A stretch of 64,000 nucleotides of DNA from Lama guanicoe. Its lineage: Eukaryota. The notes below the pieces were generated by a model. That model made no database searches. It was not told the DNA's origin and was given only the letters and a program-made list of their open reading frames with translations. Positions 1 through 11,586 of this stretch are shown here, piece by piece (position 1 is the stretch's first letter; every line of letters starts with the position of its first letter). The stretch spans positions 11,429,815-11,493,814 of the forward strand of contig MU054323.1 in NCBI GenBank assembly GCA_013239625.1, read 5' to 3'. A program made the translations under genes and the position numbers.

Positions 1-24
1 TTAAATTCTCGACCCTGACCTCAG

Positions 25-200
25 GGCTTTAGAATCAGAGTGATGTAGGTTAAAATCATCGCCTTGTCTCTTACTACCTTTGAACCTTGTACAAATAACT
101 CAGCCTGAGTCTCAATACCCACTGCATGGGGTTATTGTGAGTACTGAATAAAAATAAAATAGTATGAGAAAGTACATAGCATACTGTTTAGCATTTAGTT
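25..200 (+). mobile_element. MIR SINE (degenerate)
   Basis: ggggttattgtgagtactgaata...aaagtacatagcatactg resembles the MIR core and 3' part. Confidence 0.6.
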
Positions 201-589
201 TGTGTCTTTTTTTTTCCTGCTTAGTCTTCATAGTACAGAAGGCACCATTTCTCTAACAGGCATTTGTATGAGTAGTAATATCCAAAGCAATGTGGATAAT
301 ATAATGAGACATGTAGCCTGCCTTTGAGGAGTATATAATCTAATCTAAAAAATAAGATTTGGACAAAAACACTTAGTATAATCTAGAAAAATGGCAAGTA
401 CTTTAAGAAAAGTTCACATAAAGAGCTATGGGGCTTAGAAAAAGAAGACAATGTATACATTATCAAATCCCAGAGTTAGATAACCAAGAGAAAACAAAAC
501 ATAACCTTTGAATGTTATGAGACATTATAATCATTAACCCAAACCATGGTGAGTACATAGGAAGTGAATGTTGCCCATCCACTTTGCAT

Positions 590-985
590 CAACTTGTATT
601 AAAAATACAGTGGACACTGATATGATTCACTGAGAAGGGCAGGACATCATCACTGCTGAAGTACCCACGCCAGGTATGCATAACTTTTGTTTACTCATGA
701 GGAAACATCAGACACACCAAACTGAAAGACTTTCCAGAAAATAACCATCAACACTGGTTCATGGATTATAACAATTAGCAATATTTGAATAAAATTTGAT
801 CAGTAGATAACAGCTAATAGTAAAGTATCAGTGTTAATCTCCTGTTTTTATTTACTTGTACTATGGAGGTATAAGACGTTAACATTTGGGGAACGTGGGT
901 AAAGTTTACTGGAAGTCATTTTAGTACTTTGCAACATTTTTTATAAACTTGAAATCAATTCAAAGTAAAAATTTTTTTAAATAAA
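590..985 (+). mobile_element. Old L1 (L1MC/ME-like) 3' end
   Basis: aggaaacatcagacacaccaaactg and gttaacatttggggaacgtgggtaaag...tttgcaacatttt motifs with A-rich end. Confidence 0.65.
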
Positions 986-1804
986 GAGAATGGGTTCTCA
1001 CATAGTATAAATCCTTTGCAGATGAAGATAGCTCAGTAAAGAGCTGTTTTAGATTCATATGTGAGAAGGGAACGGGAGCAATCTCACCAAGGCTGTTTCT
1101 AAATTTAAAAATATTTTGCCAGGTTTCAGTCAACCCACAACCCAAAACTAAAATGATGCATGTAAAAACTAGAGATTGAAATAATCTTGTCCTCGCCATT
1201 TATAGTACTCCAGTTTAGAATAAGTTTTACTTGGCAAGACAAACCATCCCCTCTCTTCTCCCGTCCCATGATGTGTATTAAAATTACAGTGTTCCATGGC
1301 AGTGGGCACTGACCTTTAAATCATGCTTCAAAATATTTGTTAGGTCTTCCCTTCTAAATGTGCTGTTTGTGTAAATATGGTGGCTAAATTAGATTTAAAA
1401 ATTGGAGAGGGGGCTGTTATTTTAAAGGGCCTGATTTGTGTTTTCTAGTGTGTATTAAGAACACTTATTAAAGATCTGGGGTTCAGAGGATTGAGTTAAT
1501 CATACTCCTTAGGACATACAGGACATTATGACTGGTCTTGGGTAAAGCTTCTCTTGTTTTATTGTTTTTTATTTAGTCCACATTTCTGCTGTATACTGCT
1601 CCCATTTCTTCCTCCTTCCATAGGCATTCTGATATATTTAACATGTGTCATTTTGCTTCTGCGTGTTCTTATAAAATTGTTTTGTTTTATATTTCTGTAT
1701 TTTAAAAAGTTTACGCAAATGTTATATATTGTTTCTATTATATATCTCTTTCTGTTTCTTGTTTTTTTCACTTAGCATTTTGCTGTTAAAATACATTCAT
1801 ATTC

Positions 1805-2275
1805 ATAACCAAAGTTGTAGAAAAGGAGACCTGATTGAAATAAGAAGGGGTTTATTTGGGGATTATTAGGACTGCAGCCCAGGAGACACAGATTCAAAAA
1901 GCACTTAAATTGTGTTCCACCGGGCTACAAACTTGGGGGAGGTTTACAAAGGCAAAAACCACAAGGTTACAGTTAGTTACATGAGTTGTTTATCAAGAAT
2001 TATAATTGGAACTGGCAAAAAGTAAGGGTGCTTGTTAAGTAAGGATTGGTTGGGGTCCAAAATGGTTGCATAGTTACAGGGAGAGACCTGGAGACCATAA
2101 TGGTGCAGCTGGCAGGTGTTGCTCTGAATATGGCTGGTGGGGTCCTTGGGTCTGGTACAGTTCAAAGAAAGTTCAAGTTTTCAGTAGTGCAGAGACATGC
2201 CTGAGACCAGATCCTCAATAGCTGCACGATTCCAATTTTGTGTGCCTGATCTGTGATGACTCCGTTATAATTTCA
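1805..2275 (-). mobile_element. ERV1-like solo LTR interrupting an old antisense L1
   Basis: ~470 bp compositionally distinct block ending in ttCA; minus-strand AATAAA (TTTATT 1851-1856) and CCAAT (ATTGG 2046-2050); flanks are L1-like. Confidence 0.6.
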
Positions 2276-2279
2276 ATTT

Positions 2280-2910
2280 GTCATCCTGTTGTTATGTGTA
2301 TATCTAGTCCCTGGCTTCTCACTACTTCCTTCTTCCCCATGGTGTGTCCCCTTCCACATCTCAATTATTGAGGCTCCCAAAGACAGGCATCCAAGGTTGC
2401 CTACAACTCTCACCATCACAGAAGCACCGCAGTTAATATCTATATCTAATAGGTGCTCTCTTTTGTACCCCTGTGAGATTTCTGTCAGCTATATGTCCAA
2501 AAGTAGAATTGCTGAGTCACAGGATTAGGTAGTCTTAATTTGACTAGCTCCAAATTGCTCCAAAGTGGTTACTTTCCTCTAATCGCCCACTGGCAATGCA
2601 TTAGGGTACCTATACCCTCTCACTTCCACTGACATTTAGTATTATCCAACTTTCTACCACTCAAATACGTGTAAAGTGGCACCTTGTTGATTTTTGTTTC
2701 CTTTGGGTGATTACAAAGGATTTTCGCATGCAAGCTAGGTTTCTGTGTTTCCTCTTTTATGTTTATATCTTGTTTTTCTATTGAGATTATATTTACTGTA
2801 GTGACTTACAGATTTGTATTAGTTCTTTCTGTGTTATAGCTATTAATCCTTTGTTCACTTTTTAGACAGTGCAAATATGTTCTTATTCTATTATATATTC
2901 AGTAAACAGA
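2280..2910 (-). mobile_element. Old L1 (L1ME-like) ORF2 3' region fragment
   Basis: tccaaaagtagaattgctgagtca and ccaaattgctccaaagtggtt are antisense L1 ORF2 end motifs. Confidence 0.6.
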
Positions 2911-2919
2911 AATTCTTAA

Positions 2920-3004
2920 AAGATATCGAATGTAGTTCCCTGTGCCATAAAGAGGAAACTTGCTGTTCATTTATTTTATATATAATAGTATTTGCAAATC
3001 TCAT
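2920..3004 (-). mobile_element. Short artiodactyl/camelid L1 3' UTR fragment lacking its tail
   Basis: aagatatcgaatgtagttccctgtgcc...tttgcaaatct aligns by eye to 46115-46200. Confidence 0.65.
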
Positions 3005-4301
3005 ATTTATGTTTTTTTAAGATATCTGATGTCTGTTTTCTATAACTACTTGATTCTTTTAGAATGTATTTTCCATATTGAAAATGCTATTTCTTCTAAC
3101 TCTCAAGAAACTAGTTCATGCATGTGTTAAACCAGAATAGCTTTCTTGCTTTGAGAACTGTTAAGGCATTTCAGCCTGCAGTGATCTTGTCCTTCTCTGA
3201 ACTCATGGTATTCAGTTTCCATTACGCTCACTTCATGTCTCTTAAAGTTTTGTATTTTATTAATTTCCTGTGCTGTTACTTAACTTTTCACATGTTTGTG
3301 TCTTATATTTCCATGTCTTTGAGTCTCCCACAGTAGCTGTAGCTAGCACAGGATCTGTAATCATCATCATAACCATGATTTACTGAACATTACCAGACTT
3401 CTCATCAGTGCCTTTGATTTGATAGATGTATGTCTTCTTAACTGAATTGTAAGCACATAAGGGCAGTGACTGACTTAAAGGATGTCAGACAGACATCCAG
3501 TTTCTAGATGTACTAGTTGAACATAGCCATATCTTCTGCAGCAGGACTTTTCCCCCCAACCATTAGACTTTTTATTACATCTTAATTTCTCCGTATTAGA
3601 AAAAAAGTTCTAATTTACCTATTATTTTTTCTTTCCCTTTCTATTTTTAGTAATTACATTTTACTTATTTTTCCTTTATGATCAGAATGAAAAGCAGCTG
3701 TAAATAAATCATGTACAGGGGAAAAGCAATATATTATAATTAGGAATCCATTATCATTTAATTAGGCATTCCATTATTGAATTGGTATCTCTGGCTTGTC
3801 CTGGTCTCTGACTAATGCTGAAACAAATTCATCTTTGTGAACAAATATTAGCCTGCAATAATTACAGGATTCATCTGCGCTGAGGCTTTTCATTAAATCT
3901 CTTTCTGATTAAGATAGCTCAAGTACAGACTGATTTAATTTAATATGATTTATCCACTTGTGTATCAAGGTCTGGTGGAAATTGTTTTTAACACCAGAGC
4001 ACTAAGATCATTCTTATAATCACAGATCTCTCAGGTATTTAAGACCTTGCTGTTTGAATAGTTCTGTAAACCTAGGTCTGATATCACTCTCAATAAATTC
4101 AAGAGTATCACCAGTGCTGTAACAGCCCATCATCGAAAATAATACATAGATTGTGCTGTATATTAAAATACTGACCTTAAAGTTATATATTCTTAGGTTC
4201 CTTTGATTCAGGAATCAATTTTCATTCCAACTATTTGGTTCAATACATTACATGTGCTTTTTCTGTTTTACCGGAATCTCAGTGTTAATAGAAACAAGCA
4301 T

Positions 4302-4430
4302 GTTAGGTATCCTGACTGTGGTGGTGGTTTCATGGGTGTATACATCAAAATTCATCAAATTGTACAGCTGAAATAAGTGTAGCTTAACTGTACAGAAATT
4401 ATACCACGATAAATTTGTTTAAAAAAATTA
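4302..4430 (+). mobile_element. 5'-truncated L1 3' terminus with perfect 15-bp TSD
   Basis: AATAGAAACAAGCAT at 4287-4301 and 4431-4445 flanks gtggtggtttcatgggtgtatacatcaaaattcatcaaattgtaca... plus an A-rich tail. Confidence 0.8.
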
Positions 4431-5015
4431 AATAGAAACAAGCATTGTAGATAAATTTTCTGAACTGAGGGGCTCCATGGACATGAATATATAACCTGTT
4501 TTATTTTTTTTCCTTAATTCCTCAGATTTGACCATTATTGCTTCATCACCTTTTATGGTCCATCTGCTTTTCCTCTATTTTTCAGTTATGGACATTTAAT
4601 AGATATTAAACATTGAATTTAATTTTTCAATTTTGCTTGGGTCTTTTAATTGTCTTTCCCCTAACATTCCTCTGTTACTTTATTCAAATCCGGCCTCACC
4701 ATTCACTCTTCTACTTACAGCATTTTTCTTCAGACCCTTTCGTCCAGCTTCTTATTTTTATTTTTTAACCTTTTAGCCCTTTCTCTTCCCCACTACATGT
4801 GCATGAGAAAGTATTGCTGTCTGCATGTGAATATGACTAAAGCTACGTGAATTAATTATATGAATCTGAACCATATATTCTAATTTGCTGCAGCCAAAGA
4901 ACCCAGAAAATACTGTCCTTTTTTGTGATATCAAGAAAGCCCATTATGAAGCAAAATGATTTGTCCTCATCATAATTTACCTCCAGTTTCTGGAAATCCA
5001 GGGAGGGGTGAAAGA

Positions 5016-5060
5016 GTGCGTGTGTGTGTGTGTGTGTGTGTGCACGCGTGCACTCACACA
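5016..5060. repeat. (TG)11 microsatellite within an alternating purine-pyrimidine tract
   Basis: TG x11 at 5021-5042; strict alternation 5016-5053. Confidence 0.95.
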
Positions 5061-6445
5061 GTCTCAGTTGAGGGTGAGAGGGAGGGAGGGCCATGAGAAG
5101 GGAAGGGAAGGCAGGCTAGCATCCTGCACTTTCTGAGCTCCCATCTCCTGCCCTGTCCCTTTAGTTACCAGCTTCCTGAAAGCTGCTGACTCTTCCCTTA
5201 CTCTCCCTCTCAACCTCCTGTGTCCGCATGAACTATCCTCTGTTTGAAAACAGTGGTTTGGTAGAAACCTTATTCAGTGGGGCGAAGGCTGATGAAGGTG
5301 CTTTGGAGCAGAGGGAACTCAGACCAAGTCAGGCTAATTTTCTTAACAGGTCTGGGCGTGGTTTGTGCTGCTCTAAGCAGCTTGTCTGGTTCAACAGGGG
5401 GAGCAGACCGATGAACTGGTTAGCAGGCCAGATGAAATAGTAGCATGAAATACTGTGGTCATTTGCAGAATAGACCCCCCTAGGAGGAGGTCAGAGTAGT
5501 AAATGGTGTGTCAGGTAAGTAAGGCAGCAATTACTGGTTTCAGAATAATACTATCTGCACTGATGGAAATGCCAGGTCTACGAGATTTGTTTCAAGCTAG
5601 TGGGAACCCTGTGTGTCTCGTGGACAGAATGGGAAAAAAAAAAAAAGCAGAACAGAATCACAAGGCTTTCTTTGAGACTGGTGGTTCTATTTAAAGACAT
5701 ATTTTGGAATTGATTAGGAAACAAATGCCTGTTCAGTAATACCTCAATTAATGACAAGGCAGCATTCTAGCGTGCTTAATGAAGTGTCTTTTGTTATCAG
5801 AGAGAAATGATATAGAACGCACTTGGTATTGCATTCCAGAATTTCAGTTTAAAAATAGCATTATATACTTAACATTGTCAAATATGCCATAAACTAAAAA
5901 ATATTCATCCAGAGGGTTTGAAGGTAGTGGGAGAGGGGTAACATCAAACTCAGCTGTCTAAACCTGCAGTCGGTGCCTGTCCACGCCGAGCAGACCCCCA
6001 GCCTCCTCTCCGTGTGGCACCCCACAGGTACCCAGATGTTGGTCAGTCAGCTCCCTTGACCTACTCTTACCGCCCCACACGTGACCTTGATTTCCCAGCA
6101 CATCACCTGAAACCTTCCATCATCTCAGGTTGCCCAGTATTCAGGAAGAATACCGGAGCTTTAACAGTAATATCGCAGTGACAGCACAAATAGAGGCTGA
6201 GAATGGCAGAACTGCAGCCTGTCTGAGGGCTAACCAAGAACGTCTGATCCCACAGAACAGAGGCATAAATTCCTGTCTGCCTTCCCTCCTGTGGTCTGGA
6301 GGACCATTAATCACAATTAAACTCCAGCGACAGTCTCACAGTGCCCCTTTCTACTGCAGGCTATTAGCAAAGGCTTGATTCTCAGGTGCTCTTCCGAGCA
6401 GAACTGCACCACAGAGGGAAGCTCAGCTCAGTTTCCCTTTTTCTG

Positions 6446-7950
6446 TTCATTCAATTTATTCAGAAACAGATATTTATTGAAGAAGCACTGGGGATATGCC
6501 AGTGAGTAAAAGAGACAAAAATTACTACCCTGTGGCACTTCCATTTTAGCAGGAAGAAAACAGGCAATAAACAAGGAAGTGAAAAATATATTATGACCCA
6601 TGGTAAGGCCTGTAGAGAAAAGTAAATCAGAGAAGAGGACAGCCTGCTGCTTTAAATAGGGTCCTTGGGGCCTCCCTGGACAGGTGAGTGTGGGGTAAGA
6701 AGATCTCAGGCAGAAGAACAGCTCAGGTGCTGGAATGGGAGTGTGCCAAGTGCATTCAGAGGAGAACACAGAACTCCGTGCGGTGGGAGCAGCGTGGGCC
6801 AGGCGGGCCGTAGAGCATGAGGGCTGCGAGGTAGTGGGTTGCTGGGTGGTGTGGGCCTTGTGGGTCATCGCACAGATTTTGGCGTTCTGAGTGAGATGGG
6901 GTGAGGAGACCAAGGTGGTTTATGACTAGTGACTGACATCCTGAAAGGATTACTCTGGCTGCTGTGTAGAATCTGTAGGAGGGAGGGTGGTCAAACAGGG
7001 AAACCAATTAGAAAGATATTTGCAGTCATCCAGGGGAGAGGTGGTGGTCTGAGGTAAAGTTAGTGGGGTGGCAAGAACTGGCTAGACTCTGGATCTGTTT
7101 TAAGGTAGAATCAATAGAATACGGTGATGGAATGGAGCACGAGAGGGGGCAAGGGTGACGGCACGGTTCTTTGCCCGAACTGGAGTCAGAGACTGTGGGA
7201 AGCACAAGTTTTGGGGGAAAGACCAGGAAGGAGTTTGGTTGAGGCCATGTTAAACTTGAAATTTAATTAGACATCCAAGGGGAGATATCATTAGTAGTCA
7301 AATATGTGAGTCTGCAAGGGAGAGGGGCAGGCTCGGGATACAGATGTGGGGGGCATCAGCACATATTTGGTATTTAAAGTTTTAAGGCTAAAAGAGCTCA
7401 TCTAGGAAATGCATGCAGATAAAGAGTAAAATCAAGCCTTGAGGTGCCCCAATGCTTAGAGATCAGCTCGCACAGGAGACATGGCAGTGGCCAGAGAGGC
7501 TGGAAAAGCACCAAGAGAGTAACATGGGCAGGAAACGAGGTAAAATCATTTTTCAAGGGGGGGAGCTGTTGGATTTGGCTTTATGAAGGTCGTTGATGAC
7601 CTTGATGAGAATGGTTTTGATAGAGTAGTGAGGGCTTTGCTTGATGGGCACGGGTTCAAGAGAGATAAGAGAGGAGGACTGAAGATGACTGTAGACGTAA
7701 GATGCTGAGCTGGGTGGGTGAGAGAAATGATTGGGAGCTGGGAGGATGCGGGGCAGGAAGGAGTGGTGGGAGGGATTGTAAGCACGCTGACAGGCGAGAT
7801 AGGAGTGACCGGTTACACGGGAAACTGCTGGAGAAGTACCATCGAGTAGACAAGACAGAGCACACAGGTGGAGGGACTGGCCCTAAACGCAACTATGGAC
7901 AGACCGTCCACATAGAGAAGAGAAGGCGAGTGTGCGCACTTCCATGCAAG
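6446..7950 (-). mobile_element. L2 LINE 3' portion
   Basis: Begins with the reverse complement of the L2 tail (ttcattcaa...atatttattgaa); contains ggattactctggctgctgtgtaga and attagacatccaag L2 motifs. Confidence 0.8.
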
Positions 7951-9634
7951 TAAGTAGGGAGGTGGGGTGGTAAGACCTTGTAGAAGTTTCTCATGATTTA
8001 TTTTCTCAGAGAAATAGGATGAAAATGAAGGTTGATAAGGAAGTAGTGGAGGTGTGAAAAAACGAAGAGCAAAGGCATGAAATACTCAAATCTGGGTGGT
8101 TGGGACACAAATAGACTAAAGAAATATGTGCGATTACCAAGCAATACTGAAGGCCCACTTTTGGCTAATAATCAGAAATTTACCAAGGACTCCCACTAGC
8201 CTCCATTCCCAGCTAAAAACAAACACTCCCACCAGAACAGGTATCCATATCCAATAGGCTCAAGTGAGTTTCTGGGCTAGGGGAGGCAACAAACAAAAAC
8301 CTCCAGCAGTCAGAGGGGTTATGTCAGTGGTACCCTGAAGGGGGAGTATAGAACCTCAGGAACTGGGCGTTCAAATTCAGTTTCATTTGTTTGCTTTATG
8401 GAGGTATGGTGGAGAATTTTTACCAGGAAAAGGTACATCAGAAGGGCTAAATCACATTTTTTTGTGGTTCTGTCTAAAGATGAGTTGAATGGTTAAGACT
8501 TCTTGAAATCTATTCATATCGGAGTATAATCCGTCAGTTGATCAGCTTGTGTAAAGTACTGAAATGAGACCCTTCCCTGTTGGGTAAAGGGGGCAAGGGC
8601 ACTAGATTATAGAGCAGGAGCCTCTGGACCCTCAGAGGGAGAGGAGTGACCACCTCCCTGTCAGCCTGCCTCTCAGTTCTGCCCAGGCCCGGCCTCATCT
8701 ACAGCCATGATGTCTGAGTCGTTCAAAGCTAGCAAGGTAATTTTGACACAAGTGTCACACCTTCTGTCCTGCTGAGAGCGCCAATGCTGAGTAGCTGTGG
8801 TTTGTAATGAGATTGTTGTTTTGTTTCGGGTGGTAGTAGAGCAAGTATTTGGCAGGGGGAAGGTTACAGTGGGTGTGTCAAACTGGTTCCCAAATGTTTT
8901 ATAACTTTCTATGTCATAGTGTTGATAAAAACCAGAAATATATCCCAAAAAATCTGAACTATTAAACAGATTAGATTCTATTCTGCTGTTGTAATATTGA
9001 CAGGTACAAGGATATGTGTGTGTATGTTTGATAAACCTGAGGCCCGCCACCATTGTGGTAACCCAATAGATCAGAGATACGTGCTTCTAAAATATTGATC
9101 TCAAGACACATTGTCTCCCACCTGCCTTGTTATCGTGATTCTTTGTCAATCCTAATTGAATTATTTGTAACTGCTTCAGAATTATGTTGATTCAGCCTTT
9201 TCCCTTTCTAGATAGTGGCAAGAAAACCTTTTAGATATTGTGACCCTGAAAGAAATTAGGATGGTAGAAATTTTAAAATGTCAGGTTACACTTGGAATAA
9301 TCCCTTAATTACGGAATTATATTGTATATTAGCCAAGAAAGTTAAAAATAGTGTAAAACAGTTAACACAAAGCTTATGGGCATGTTAATGTTTATTTGAA
9401 TGAATAGGAAAATGTTCTGTTTCAAATAAAATGCTAATACAAAAAAAATCACTAAAAATCAGTGCATGTGAATGGATTTGTTTCAAACTTTAAATACTGT
9501 GTTTTCTAACATTTTAGTGTAACAAGAATCCAACCAGCCTAAATAAAGCTCTATTGTGACTATATATAGCAGGTATTACAGATTTGTTACATTATCACTT
9601 TAAATATTTTTAGAGCAAATATTTGAGAAGCTTT

Positions 9635-9890
9635 AAAAAATAACTTTTAGAGGTAAAATTTATTTGCTGTAAGTTTTTAAGTGTTTGCACATTTGCACAT
9701 TTTAAGTGTGCACATAGATGCATTTTGATAAATGCATAGTCACATGACTACCATAGTCAAAATATAAAGCACTCCCTCACCTCTGAAAGTTCCCTCATAT
9801 GCCCCCGTCTGTGCAATCAAACATCTCCCCTGAACCTCAGTCCCTAGAAACTGCTGATCTACTGTCTGTCACTATAGTTTGGCCTTTGCT
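9635..9890 (-). mobile_element. Old L1 3' end fragment
   Basis: aaagttccctcat...gtccctagaaactgctgatctactgtctgtcactatagttt motif. Confidence 0.7.
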
Positions 9891-9892
9891 AG

Positions 9893-10460
9893 ATTTTTTT
9901 TGAAAGATTGAAGTATAGTTGATTCACAGTGTTTCAGGTGTACAGCAAAGTGATTCGGTTATACATATATATTCTTTTAAAATTTCTTTTCCATTATAGG
10001 TTATTACAAGATACTGTGCTATACAGTAGGTCCTTGTTGCTTACCTATTTTATATATAGCAGCATGTTATCTGTTAATTCCAAATTCCTAATTTATCCCT
10101 CCCCCACCCTTGCCCTTTGGTAACCATAAGTTTGTTTTCTACGTCTGTGAGTCTATTTCTTTTTAAAAATAAGTTCATTTGTATCTTTTTTTAGATTCCA
10201 TATATAAGTGATATTACAATATTTATCTTTCTCTGTCTGACTTACTTCACTTAGTATGATAATCTCTAGGTCCATCCAAGTTGCTGCAAATGGCATTATT
10301 CTTTTTATGGCTGAGTAATATTCCATTGTATATAAATAACACATCTTCTTTAGCCATTCATCTGCTGATGGACACTTAGGTTGCCTCCATGTCTTGACTA
10401 TTGTAAATAATGCTGCTATAAACATTGGGGTGCATGTGTCTTTTTGAATTAGAGTTTTCA
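9893..10460 (-). mobile_element. Artiodactyl-type L1, ORF2 C-terminus plus 3' UTR
   Basis: ORF 10153-10425(-) MFIAALFTIVKTWRQPKCPS..EW..MEYYSAIK..FAATWMDLE.IILSE is the L1 ORF2p C-terminus; T-run at the left end. Confidence 0.92.
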
Positions 10461-10917
10461 GCTGATTTTTGCCTTCTTCCTTTTAAACTTTTTCTTCTCA
10501 ATCCTAGTCATTTTGTTCCCTCTTGGTGTCCCCACAGTTATCAGAAATCCTATCCAGCAAGATCTCTCTCCAGCCCAAAGCAGGGAATAAACTCTTTTCA
10601 ATACCCTAATCAAATCTCCCACTATGTGAGGACAACCATGACAGTTACTGTTTAATTAAGCCAGTCAGTATATAATGTGAATTAGAGCAAACTGTTTTCA
10701 CCTTAAATAAATTTTAAAACAATTTTAATAGGCAACATTCATTGATCACTTACTAGGATGATCTCAGATAATCCTCCAAAGGTGTGTGTTTCCAAGGCCA
10801 CATGTAAGCAGGGAGTGGAATTAGACAAAGAACCCACAGTCTTATCCGATTCTAAGAACCCAGCTCTTAAATGCAACGCCCCATGGCCTCCTCTGCTTAG
10901 AACCATCCCTGTAACCT

Positions 10918-11070
10918 CATGTTCCCTAAAGTGTGGCCCTCCAGCCCTCTCCATCAGATCAGAATCTCCTGAAGTGCCTGCTAAAATGTGGATTCCTTGA
11001 TCTCACCCATGCATGCTAGGTTCACAGTCTGACTAAGGAACAGATCTCCACAGTTTGCAGGAACTGCCCT
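10918..11070. mobile_element. MER5-like hAT-Charlie fragment
   Basis: gttccctaaagtgtggccc...cagaatctcctgaagtgcctgctaaaatgtggattcc. Confidence 0.5.
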
Positions 11071-11309
11071 AAAACAGCAGCCCTGCATTCCCTGTGAGCA
11101 CCTCTAGTCAGCCTGTTCAGATACAGTTAGATAATCAAATCTTTGTTCCCTACACAGCTGTCCCTAACAGTTTGGTGACCTCGCTCTTTATTCTCAAAAT
11201 GCCACTTGGTAACTCAAAACTACAATAAAACTCTAGAAGAAATGTCCGTCCCCAAAATAAAGACTGTAAAAGAAGCAATCCTTGACATTCAGTATTTCTT
11301 AATGTATAT

Positions 11310-11586
11310 TGTATTGGTTTCCTAGGCTGCGATTAAAAATCACCACAAACTTGCAATCTTCTCCAGCATCTTTACTTGACCATCTACCTTCCCTCTGTCT
11401 CTGTGTGTCCCTTTTCTGTTTTATAAGGACATTTCCCCTGACACTTAAGCCCCACCTTAATCCAGTGTGATCTCATCTCAATCTTTACCTTAATTACATC
11501 TGTGAAGACCCTATATTCAAATAAGGTTACATCCTGAAGTTTTGGTGGATGTGAATTTTGGGGGAGACGCCATTCAACCCACTACA
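11310..11586 (-). mobile_element. MLT1 (MaLR) solo LTR, internally deleted
   Basis: TGtattggtttcct...ccattcaacccactaCA termini; 5-bp TSD tatat/tatac; taattacatctgtgaagaccctat motif. Confidence 0.85.

Noticed and set aside
9675..9715. Interleaved micro-duplications (TTTTAAGTGT x2, TTTGCACA x2)
   Set aside because: Local slippage within an old L1 fragment; no sign of function.
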